Assembly: GCA_001179505.1 (NCBI GenBank)
Contig: CDMY01001036.1
Span: forward strand, 155,740-219,739
Length of the DNA: 64,000 nt
Reading direction: 5' to 3'
Source of the DNA: Vitrella brassicaformis CCMP3155
Lineage: Eukaryota; Protista; Chromerida
A model generated the notes under the pieces. The model saw only the letters and a program-made list of their open reading frames with translations, was not told the DNA's origin and made no database searches. Shown in pieces: positions 12,401 to 22,989 of the stretch (positions are counted from its first letter, which is position 1; the number at the start of each line of letters is the position of its first letter). A program made the translations under genes and the position numbers.

Positions 12401-12717
12401 GGACGGCACAATGTCAAGAAGGTACGTACGTATCCACTCTGCTGGTTCGTTTGCCTGAACGTGCATGTGTTTGCTCCTTCCTTCGCTAGGTTGTGTCGTT
12501 GCGTGGCATGAGCGTGCCGCCCTTCCCGCCGACCTACTCGTGTCGCGTGGTGCTGCACCCACACGCATCGGACATGGCCGCCCATCTGCTCTCTCGGGGC
12601 GACCTGTGTCTGCGTGTCATGAGCGGGCTCAACAACGCACTGCCGCACGGCGACCTCTCGGAGGAGAAGGAAATGCGGGTGCGCGTGTCAGGTCCGGCCA
12701 GTGAGCCTGGCGGATGA
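6451..12717 (+). CDS. Asteroid/FAM120-like PIN (XPG/FEN1-superfamily) domain protein with C-terminal RRM-like domain
   Basis: Spliced motifs in canonical order: MGIRGL, LLVDFY, VADGAK, LGIPIFVVPGEAD, GILGNDSDF, H3TH-like LPELAIMLGNDF, and C-terminal MFDGSIF (FAM120/ASTE1 FDGKLF-like). Final exons HVLCVHGFDREW..CRVVLHP..MRVRVSGP are RRM-like. Contains the 8625-8924 gap. Confidence 0.85.
8625..8924. other. Assembly gap, 300 N
   Basis: N run. Confidence 1.
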
Positions 12718-12854
12718 GTGTGTGCATGCGTGTGTCGTGATCTCTGACATCGGTTTGGTTTACCTGCTGTTTGCATGGCGTGGGGCGGCTGGGAAGCCGT
12801 GGGTGTGTACGGGGAGACACTTGACATGAATGGTGAATGAGAATGTGGCAACTC

Positions 12855-13085
12855 ACAGGTGCTGTATGGCTGATGGCACATGTGGCCAGTACGTTGTGTT
12901 CGGATGTCGGCGTGGGGCGGATATGATTGAGTGGTGAGAGCTCAGGTTTTTCTGTGCGTGAGGGCGGGTGTGGTGTGCGATAGACGAGACTTCAATCGAT
13001 CAGTGCCGCACTTACTTCAACGCACATGGCAAATGGACTGAAGTCATCGCATGGCCAACATCAATCAATCGCAACACAAGTTAGT
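12855..13085 (+). repeat. Dispersed non-coding repeat, copy 1 (homologous to 38575-38833 and, inverted, 33708-33839)
   Basis: Shared blocks caggtgctgtatggctgatg, gagtggtgagagctcaggtttttctgtgcgtg, gggcgggtgtggtgtgcgatagacgagacttcaa, atggactgaagtcatcgcatg. Confidence 0.85.
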
Positions 13086-13213
13086 TAATGTACAGAAAAA
13101 ATCGAAGCGCACTGTTCAATTCAGACTCGCTCCCTCCCTCCCCCCAACCCGTTCCTTCTCCCCTTCTCCCCCTCCCTCCCCCTCTCCCCCGGGAAGCAAT
13201 GCGGGCAGCACCA

Positions 13214-14699
13214 TCACGAGATGAAGACCCCACCCCACGGGGGCAGCGGGGCATTCGGGTTGTTTGGGCCTTGGCAGATGGGGCAGACGGCCTGATGGGG
13301 AGCGCAGCCCTGGCACATGCACACGTGGCCCTGCACACACACACACACACAGTTAAAACATTGGTTAAGTCAGGAACAACTGCAGGTACATTCAGTGGCT
13401 AGTGTCTGTCACTGCTTACGCATGGCCGGGTGACGGTGTCCCTCGGGGCGGCGAAACAGATCACGCATCGCGTGGCCTGGTCCCAGCCCTGGGCGATGCC
13501 CTGCTGGAGCCCTTGCGCCAGGCCCGTCTGGAAGCCCTGGGCCTGCCCTTGCTGCAGCCCTGCGGCCCGCCCTTCCTCCCTGCCCTGCAGCAGCCCTGCG
13601 GCCCGCCCTTCCTCCCTCCCCTGCAGCAGCCCCGCCTCCCGCCCTTCCTCCCGCCCTTCCTCCCTGCCCTGCTGGCGGCTCTCTGCTCGGATCTCGGCCT
13701 CCCGCTGCTGCTGCTCCTCCGCCCGCAGACGCAGCTCCCTGTCGTGGGCGTCTGCCAGTAGCTGGGCGAAGGCGGCGTCCTCGGCCCGGCGCTGGGCGAT
13801 GATGGCGTGCACCCGCCCTCCGAAGGCCGCCGACTGCTCCGCGGTGTTGAGGGTGGCGATTTCGGTCCGGAGGCTGAAAAAAAAGTGCACACGCAGAAGC
13901 AACAAGTTGAGCAATGCAGTCAAGAGATACAGCAGCGTTGACCCACCTGGGCAGGGTGGTGTCGTGGGCGCTGCTCTTGTCGCCCTGCACGTCCTCGGGC
14001 TGCAGGCCGACGTCGACCGCCGGTCTGCACGCATCAGCACATTGTCATCTGTTGAGTTGCCGACAGTCTATGCAGCTGACCTGGGCGGGTGGGTCTGTGG
14101 GACTGGCTGCGGCTGTGGGTGTCGTTGTGGGGCGGGGGGCCGAGGCCGAGCGGCCGGTTGCTGCATAAATGGATTCATAAGATAGCAATAGACCTGACGA
14201 GGATGGCCAGATAAGGCCCTTTCATTCCCTCGTGTCTGCGCACCTGTCCGCCAGCTGCGACAGTGGTCACATGCGAATGCCAACACACACAACAATGTTT
14301 GCCCACTCACGTCTAGTACTCTTGAGACCTCCTACCGCCGCGTGCTGGATGAAGGGCGGCCGACCTGGGGGAGCTGCGGCTGCACCGACCAACAGCAATG
14401 CATGTGAGCAGTGCCTGCAATGGTGTGTGACATACCGTCTGGAAGGACGCCGCGCGGCCGCAGTGCCAAATGCGCCGCCGGTGCCGGGAGTACCGCGTGT
14501 GGCGGATACGCCGGTGCCGGCACGTACAGCGGCGGACGTCCAGCAGCTGAGGGGATGAACAGACACTCATGGACCATGGACAGAGAAAGATCTGGTCATC
14601 AGTGGACTTACCGAGGTGCGCGACGAGATGAGGGGGTGGACGGACCCCTCTTGCGACAAATGGGGGTGGTCTTCCCCGCGGGTGCATCTGGTAGTTCAT
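13214..14699 (-). CDS. Pro-rich + GxxxG-repeat helical protein with C-terminal IAP-type C3HC4 RING
   Basis: Spliced product MHPRGRPPP..AAGRPPLYVPAPAY..HDTTLPSLRTEIATL..(QGREEGRAAGLL)n..WDQATR CVICFAAPRDTVTRPC|GHVCMCQGCAPHQAVCPICQGP..FIS*. An intron splits C|GH. All eight Zn ligands present. Confidence 0.8.
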
Positions 14700-14814
14700 C
14701 TCTACCAGACGGCTGGATGGATGGCTGGCTGGATGGATGGATCACGTAGGCCGTCGCGACCCGCGCAGGAAAAGCTCGCATGAGATTCAAGTAAGATCTC
14801 TCAAGTTCTCCAAG

Positions 14815-16886
14815 ATGAGCATCAGATATTCTCCACCGGTGAGCTCTGCAGCTCCCCTGAGGTCTGAGGACGTTGGCCTGACAGATTCCGGTGTGCTTTG
14901 TTTCAGAAGGATCTCTCCGAGGAGCAGCGCGTCCCCCTGGCGCACCTCTTTTTGGTGAGCCCTTCCATCGCACAGCGCTTTGGATGACACTGGTCAGCAC
15001 TGCTCATCACCGCAGGATCATGTGAGTCACGCCTCCAAGGGACGCTTCGTGAGGGCAACACACCGGGACGGCACCCCGACGGATCTCCATTGGGGCTTCC
15101 ACGGCTTCACCACGAGCCTTTGGGACCTTCAAGATCAGACAATTGTCGTGCTAAAGGTCCCGTTCAAGTATGAGGAGGAACGCGAGCCGGTCAGTCAGTT
15201 GACCATGCCGCCATTACGAGTCGTGCAATGCTTTCCTGTCTGCCCGTCTGCCCGTCTGTCTGTCTGTCTGCCTGTCTGTCTGTCTGTCGTGCGGCAGGAT
15301 GCGTATGGGTTCCCCCGCAATGGCATGGACGTCTCTCTGGAGGGCGAGGTGGACCATCCGGCCATTGTCAAGGTCGTTGGCATCTACCGCCTCACCGGGC
15401 TGCCGGGATGTGACGCTACCTGCGGCCTCAAGGGCTACATCATGAAGGCGTGCATCGGTCGGTGGCGGTGGCGCCACACACCCGACCCGACACACATTGG
15501 TGCCGTTGAGTGTGTGTGTGTGTGTGTGCAGGGGGGGATCTCATGGACTTGCCGCGGTGGACAGAGGTCAGTGAGGCGCTCGTCATGCCGATTCTGAAGG
15601 ACGTCCTCGACGGCTTGAAGTTCCTCCACGACATCGGCGTCGCACACGGCGATGTCATCGTATGCAACACAGTCCACATGCGCAAATCCATCTCTCTCTC
15701 TCTCTCTGTGTTGTGTGTGTCTGTGTGTGTGTGTGTGTGCAGCCTCAGAATGTGTGTTTGAGGCGTGGAGCGGATTGGTGCGCGCATGGGTGTCTGGTCG
15801 ACATCGATCGACTGTTTCGCTTCAGGGACGACCCCCAATGGGTACGCCACCCCAGCACCAACATCCTCCACCACCCACACCTGCCTGGCCATGGATGTCA
15901 GGGGGTGTGGATATGGAACGTGTGCAGGCAGACCAGCCCCGCAAGGACCTGCATCGACTGGGCAACACCATTCAGCAACATGTGCTCAAGGACAAAGAAG
16001 TGGTCTCTATCACACACACACACACAAACTGATGGCTGAATGGATCTGTTTGGAAGTGTGGCATGCTGCATGTGCGTCATGTAGAGCCCCGAGGCGCACC
16101 GGCTCTTCGACCACCTGCAGGGCTCCACCGACCACGCCCCGCCTGGCGTCGAAGGGGTAACACACACACATACCAATGGGCGGATGGATGGATGGATGCC
16201 CTTCTGTCAGGCGTTGGACCTCTTTGACAAATGGGCGGCGGTGCACGGGCCGGGGGTGCGGGCCAGGCTAACAGGCAACGAGCGGCCGCCGCAGCACCTG
16301 GTCAACGCCTACCAGGCCGGGTGGCAATGGCGGCACCAACAGGTGGGCAGAGGGAGAGCGAGCGAGGGAGGGAGAAGGACACTCATGCACACATGCGCAG
16401 ACACACACACAGAGAGAGAGAGGCTCCCATTGTCTGTTTCAGGTTCGCGCCATCCATCCAATGTCACCCCAGGCGGCACCAGCACCAGCTGTCCAGCCCA
16501 ATGTCGCCAATGCGTCTCACCAGTCGCCCCACAATCGCCACCCTCATGCACCCTCTCTGCCTCCGACGGACCCATTGCTGCTTCAGAAGGCCCTGAGCAA
16601 TCCCTGCCCCCAGAAGGCCCTTGTGGTTCGCGGCGTGTTTCCGGGTGGCGAGTCCACCTGGCGGTGGAACTATTCGTTGAGGCAGTGGGAGTGGTGGGAG
16701 TGGGAGGCCCCCACTGGCTTGTGGCTGGTGAGGACCAGCACGCAGGACACGGGCATGTGGTTCAAGAGCGTCGGCGACTGCCTCAAGAGCTGGTTCTGTT
16801 GCCGCTGTTGCTCTCGACGTGACGTCGGCCGGCCCGGTTTGCCCGGTCTCCATGCAGAGGCTGCTGCTGCTGTTGCTGCTGCATGA
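14815..16886 (+). CDS. Highly divergent protein kinase-like protein (possible pseudokinase) with Trp-rich and Cys-cluster C-terminus
   Basis: Kinase subdomains in order across exons: IVVLKVP, HPAIVKVVG, GYIMKAC-GGDL, ILKDVLDGLKFLHDIGVAHGDVI|PQNVCL, CLVDID. Start MSIRYSPP at 14815 splices in phase 0. Confidence 0.75.
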
Positions 16887-18254
16887 GCAGCACCGGCCAG
16901 CGAGGCTTGATAGAAGGACTGGTTCAGGGAGAGAGGGAGGGAGGGAGGACGGGAGTGCGACAGCTGAAGTGTACAATGGACAAGGTATGTTTTTCAGCGG
17001 CTTGTGTATGCCGCGATGGAGATGAATGGGTAGTTTAAAGGCTGCAGCGACTGCAGCTGACTCGTCAACCACTCATTGCACATTGCATCTTGCGTTAAGT
17101 TGTCTGGGTTGGTCTCTGCCCCCCCACCCATTGCCGGTTAGTCGACCGATCAAGTAGAGGAAAACACGTGTAGACCCACACACCCACATAAACACACGTG
17201 CACCCCAAATTCACAGATACACGAAAGAGTCCTCACGCGCACGCCTTCCTGCCGGTTAGCCAGCTGCCTGCCTCTTACTGCCATCAACACATCCACACAC
17301 ACACATACACACATATGAACGCACACACACGGATGCACAGATGTGTAGTAACTGCGATTGGTAGGGATGCAAGCAAGTATACTTCCGGTGTTGTGTTATT
17401 TTCCACAGACAGATCTCAACAAAACAGAAGAGAAAGGCCAAACACATGTGGTGTGGCGTATGCAATGTGCGATCTCTCTCACACGGTGGGTATGCAGGGG
17501 TGGATGGTGTCAGCAGCCCAGTGGTGTTATGCATGTCGGGTGTCTCTCGGCGTGTAAGACGAGATAGAGACCCATTGAGGATGAAGTCATCATGTCCATC
17601 GCATCTCAGCAGCAGAAACACGCACAGAAGACCAACAGAAGCTCCCCCTTATCCCTCCCCCAGCTCATCCCACTGCGACTGTCCCAACAAGACGAAAAAA
17701 GCCACACATGAACCTTCTTCAGTAATGTGTGTTGTGCTACCCTCCCCGCTGGCTGGCTGGCCGGCTGATCCATCAGAAAAACTCCCTTGCCGCACGCACA
17801 CACATGGATGGATCTAGGCAACTCACCTCCACGCATGGCACATGCAGGATGAGAAAGCGGCCAGCGAATGCAATGAGCCACCCATCTACTCTACCGGACC
17901 AGGACCGCTGTCTCTCCCCGGACATGCGTATCTCACGTAGCATGGCCCCGTCGAATTTAGCCGCCCACATGTGTTCTTGTGGGTGGCCATATCCGATGGG
18001 GTCACAACACGACGGACACGCACTCGGGATGAGGGGGACCCGCGGCAACACAAATATGTCAGTCGAACGAAGGGAAAGAGGTGAGGACGCGTCCGTGTTG
18101 TGTCTGTGAAACAGGTGTGAAATAAACAAACGAAAAAAGACAGGTGCGGGTGTGAAAGAAAGAGTGGGCCATCGATGCATCCCTCCCTCCCTCCCTCTCT
18201 GCCGATCAGGGCCCCATTGCGGTGTGTGTGGTGTGGTTCGGTTGCCACATGACA

Positions 18255-19500
18255 TCACCACTGGGCTGTGGGTGTGTCGCCCGGCTCCACAGAAAACACC
18301 TGCACACAGCCACACAAACACACACATAAACAGGCAACACGTGGGTGTCTGTATGTGTGTGCGTCCATGTGTGTACCTCTCTGAGTATGGGTTCGTATTG
18401 GGTCTCGCCGCCCCGCAGACTGCGCCGCTGCACACACCGCATCACGTCGCGGAAACGGGGGTCTCGCGTGCTGCTGATGCCCTGATGCACCCACACACCA
18501 CACACACACATGCTCATAAGCTTCCTGTGTGTTCTGTGCTGTGGTGTGTTCCCACCAGGTCTGTGAGCATCTCCCGGAGCGTCTTGAGCGCCTGCATGGA
18601 GAGGTTGTGTCCGCTCTGCAGGCTGACGATCTTGCGGAACTCCAGGAACGCCGCCACACTCGGATCCTCATCAGCACCGAACACCTGAATGTCGAACAAC
18701 AGCCACCCACAATGCGTCATATGTGCACCAACTATGTCTGCGGTGGTGTGTGTGGCGTGATGCGACCTACCTTGATGTTCATTTCCTCCGTTTCCGGGAA
18801 GTTGATGTATCCGAAGTCCACGTGCGACTGGGCCACGTAGTCGGATGACGGCACCAACGTGGAGGGGGAACTGGCGGGGTCCTCCGAATACTGCACACAC
18901 ATACACACATACAAACACAAATGCGGACGAGTGTGCGTGTCTGCGTACCCGCTCGTGTCGCGGGATGACGATCGGCCGCATCGCAGATGGCGTCACAACC
19001 GAGGGAGTGACGGGGCTGCGCACACACACGCATGCAAATGCAGAGGAGACGAGATCACCACCCATACACGTGTTGGCGTGCGTGTCGTGTGTGTGTGTGT
19101 GGGTCACCTGGTGGTCTCGCTCCGTGCCCGCTGCGGGAGTGTGGGTCCGAACGTCTCCACGCCAAACGACGAGAAGTCATCCAGGTAGTGGTGCTGCTGA
19201 GAACGGGCACGCTTCAACTCCTGGGCAAACAGCGGGTCGTGCGGCGACAGAATGCCTGACAAGACAACACATCAGGCCATGGCAGGCACACGAAGCGTCT
19301 CCCCGGCTCTCTCTCGCCCACCTTGGTTTTTGAGTTTGTCCGCCAGCCGCTGCGCCTCGAGGGGCGTCAGCCGCTCGCCCAGAGCCTGCACACACCACAC
19401 ACATGCGACCGTACACCTCCGACGTGCCTGTCCTCGCCATCGCACCTACCTTCTCGAGAGGCTCTCTGATGGTGAAGGGGTCGTACTCCGTCAGATACAT
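18255..19500 (-). CDS. Hypothetical protein, about 240 aa, 8 exons
   Basis: Continuous GT-AG reconstruction MYLTEYDPFTIREPLEK|ALGERLTP..|GILSPHDPLF..|SPVTPS..|YSEDPASS..YINFPETEEMNIK|VFGADEDP..|GISSTRDPRF..|VFSVEPGDTPTAQW*. No family recognised. Confidence 0.6.
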
Positions 19501-19698
19501 AATGACAAAACCGTCAGGAGGGGACTACAATGCGATATAAGGCTGTCAACAGCTTGGAAGAGGCTTCTCAAAAAGGTTGAGCTCGCCAATTTCACAGCTA
19601 AGCTCGCAGACGAAGGAAGGAGGAGAGGAAAGGAGGTGTGACGATTGCAAGGCGAGTCCATCCATTTGCTTGGATCTTGGCTTTTCATCTGTTCACCG

Positions 19699-19911
19699 AT
19701 GAGTGAGGCCCGGACGACGGTGTCGTGTGTGGTGTGGGTGCCCCGTGGGGTGGCCAAGGCAGTGCCCAGACAATATGAAATGACAGATGAAGAGGTACAG
19801 ACGTGGAAGACGACGGCATTCATCTGCATCTGTTGTGACTGATTGTCTGTCTGTCTGTCGGTGCAGGAGGCCCAGCTCAAGACCTTGATGGAGGAGAGGG
19901 GCAAGAAGTAC

Positions 19912-19945
<34 letters not shown>

Positions 19946-22459
19946 ATGAATGCTCCCTCTCTCTCTCTCTCTCTCTCTCTCCGTGTGGTCAGGGCTGCCC
20001 CCAGTCGTTCCAACGACATCGATGTGGACAACGACGAGGGCAATGAGTGGGAGGATGTCAACGACGACGACGATGATGATGATGCGATGATGGACACAGA
20101 GGAGACTAACACGGCGGTCAGCAAGAAGGCCACACAGCGGGTGTCTACCAGCAGCAGCATCACCAAGAAGGCCAAGGCCAAAGCCAAGGCGGCTGCAGCG
20201 GCCGCACGACTCACCGGTACGGAAAGCTGGATTTGGATGGATGGATGGATGGATGGATGGATGTGTGCAGGTCGTGCGACCGGAGCTGACGACGAGTTTG
20301 ACATGGAGCATTATGAGGATGAGGAAGACGACGACGACCAATACGGTCGGCGCGCAGACCAACACAGACAGACGGGGACGGACGGTATCTCTACGTTGTG
20401 TGTGCGTATGTGTTAGGGAAGAATTTCTTCAGCGTGTTGGACTCCGATCTGCCCCTTGCACAAAACGATCCAAACATCAGAGACGAGGTACTGATGGCTG
20501 GATCACACATGTGTGTGTGCGTGTGTCCTTACTGCACCATGTGTGGTCTGAGGCCGACAGGAGGACAGCGATGCGGACGAGGACGTGGCCATCCGGCCCA
20601 ACCAAGACCTCATCCTCGTTGCCGCATCGGCGGTGGGTGCATACACACACACGAGTGGATTGGAGGCAGCGCTATGTATGTATCTACTGATGTGGTCATG
20701 TGTGCGGATGTCGTCAGGAGCGTGACTTCTCGGTGCTGGAGGTGTACGTGTACGACCCCGACGCACTCGGCTTCTTCGTCCACCACGACATCATGGTGTG
20801 TGTCCAGCACACACACAAACATGCACCCACACGCATGCTCTCATCGTTTGATGGCATGTGTCTGCCTGCAGGTGGGTTCTTATCCGCTGTGCCTCGAGTG
20901 GCTGAGCCAGGCGCCCACCAAGGCAGCAGCATCAACCGATGGCGCACAAACAAGTAGGCATCCAGGCCCGTCAACACCGACCCCTACCAATGTTCTGTGA
21001 CGCATGAATGCCTTGGCTGCAGGCAGCAATTTGGTGGCAGTGGGGTCCTTTGAGCCGCAAATTGAGATATGGTATGTGGTGCACAAACGATACATCCACA
21101 TGTACAATCGCATTATCTGTCGCTGTCTGTGGCTGATGTGCCGTGTCCACTAGGGATCTGGATGTGTTGAACGCGATGGAGCCACTGGCAGTGTTGGGTG
21201 GTGGGGCTACCAAGAAGAAGAAGGGCGGCGGGGCGGGGAAGGGCCACAAGGGGGCCATCATGTGCCTCAACGCCAACAAAATGCAGAGGTGGGTTGAAGG
21301 GGCATGATAGGCGTCCGTCGATTTGTGCAAGTATGTGTGGCGTGTACGTGTGGTCACCAGGCACATCATGTGCAGTGGAAGTACCGACGAGACTGTCAAG
21401 GTGTGGGACATCGAAAAAGCGGCATGCGTGCACACATACACCCACCACACTGACAAGGTAGGTGCCCCCCTCCCCCTACACACGCGTTTCCACACGTACT
21501 CACATGCGCAAATGTGTGTGTCTGGTCAGGTCCAGTGCGTCCGTTGGCACCCGATAGAGCAGCCCGTCCTGCTGAGTGCCGCATACGACAAGTCGGTGGC
21601 CGTGCTGGACGTCCGTGTGGACCAGAGCGGCACCAAGGGCGGACAGGGCATCGTGCGCGCCCCCCTGTCAGCCGACAGCGAGTGTGCCGTGTGGGACAGG
21701 CACCACCCGACCGTGTGCATGGTACACAACCCACCCACCACACAGGCATACGTCCACCGCTATGCGGGGGTGTTGCGCAGGTCTCGACCGAGGACGGCTT
21801 CGTGACAGCCTATGACATTCGGCAGCTCAAGAGCGACCCCATCGCAACGCAGACCACCAAGAAAGGCAGGAAGGCCGCATCTGGCGCGGGCAGTGAGCCT
21901 CTTTGGCGACTGCATGCCCATCACCAGGCCGCCTCGGGCATCACCGACGCCGCAAGTGAGTAACAACTAAGGACACACGCAATGCAAGAGCGGCCGTCCA
22001 GTGATGTCTCTGTCTTTTCTTGTGTGTCTGATTGTTGTGTGTAGTTGCTGACATGTTGGTGACGTGCTCCGTCGACGGCGCCGCGAAAGTGTGGAATAGA
22101 GCAGGTAGGTATCCGTGCTGGCTGGCTGCGTGTATGTGTACACTGACTGAGAGTGAATGGATAGATTTGTGTGTTGTCCTAACACAGATCCCCAGAGCGA
22201 CGGCAGCCCCTCCCTCGTGTTCGAGAAGGACCTCAAAGCGGTGCGTGATGAAGACGTACAATGCAGCCGTCCCCTGATGTGTGTGTCGACGTGTGTGTCC
22301 ATCGCATCGCGCCTCCTCCTATTTTGTCAGGGGAAGCTTTTCTGCTGCAGTGCCAACAGCGACGTGCCGTCAGTGGTGTCCTTCGGCGGCTCGGTGCCCG
22401 TCGTGTGGGACGTCAGCACAGAACAGGCAATACGAGAGGCCTTTCACATACCAGAATGA
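19699..22459 (+). CDS. PWP1: Periodic tryptophan protein 1 (WD40; ribosome biogenesis/chromatin factor)
   Basis: N-terminal VSCVVWVPRGVAK, acidic DEFDMEHYED, DLILVAA, VLEVYVYD..FVHHDIM, YPLCLEW, NLVAVGSFEPQIEIWDLDV, GHKGAIMCL, SGSTDETVKVWD, VRWHP..LLSAAYDK. Splice phases checked for most joins. Confidence 0.93.
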
Positions 22460-22989
22460 CACACACCGTGACTGAATGAGCATGCCGCTCATCCCATGCA
22501 GACAGCCAGGCAGACAATGTCATGCAGACAACCAACTGGTTTAGCCTTTCGAGACGACTTGAGTTAGTTTTGGTTGTGAGAGTGGATGTCGTGGTGTGTG
22601 ATGGGACTTGTGTTTGAGACCTTACTCAATATGGTGGAAAGCAGTCACAGAAATGATCTGAAGCTGCTATGCAGCCAAGCTGTGGGGCAGACATGAGGCC
22701 AGAACTACATAGCGAAGCTCTGTCCCTGCACTCAGTGGCCAGGTCAGCAAAACGCCTCTGCTCATCAGGAGATTTACACGTCGAGATTTTGACGAGACGC
22801 GACGTCTTTTTCTTTTTTCCTTTTCGCCTTCCGCAGCGTTTTCTTTCATTCGTATTTCCCAAGCTGTTCCCCTTCTCCGCCTTCCGCTCTCGTGCTTCGT
22901 GTGGATTTTGAGGGCTACTGCAGTTTCTCATGCTTAGTTGCAAGACGTAAGCGAGTGACGCGTACAGCGATGGATACACCAAGTGTCAC

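Noticed and set aside
10568-12511. 647-aa uninterrupted ORF as a stand-alone gene
   Set aside because: It reads through several microsatellite introns of the PIN gene by chance
14569-14620. ATG at 14569 as the kinase start, overlapping the RING gene
   Set aside because: It falls inside the RING gene's first intron. The start at 14815 splices cleanly without overlap.
17000-18250. ORFs of 120-220 aa in the kinase/orphan intergenic region
   Set aside because: They translate microsatellites (CVCV/THTH runs), and no consistent exon chain was found
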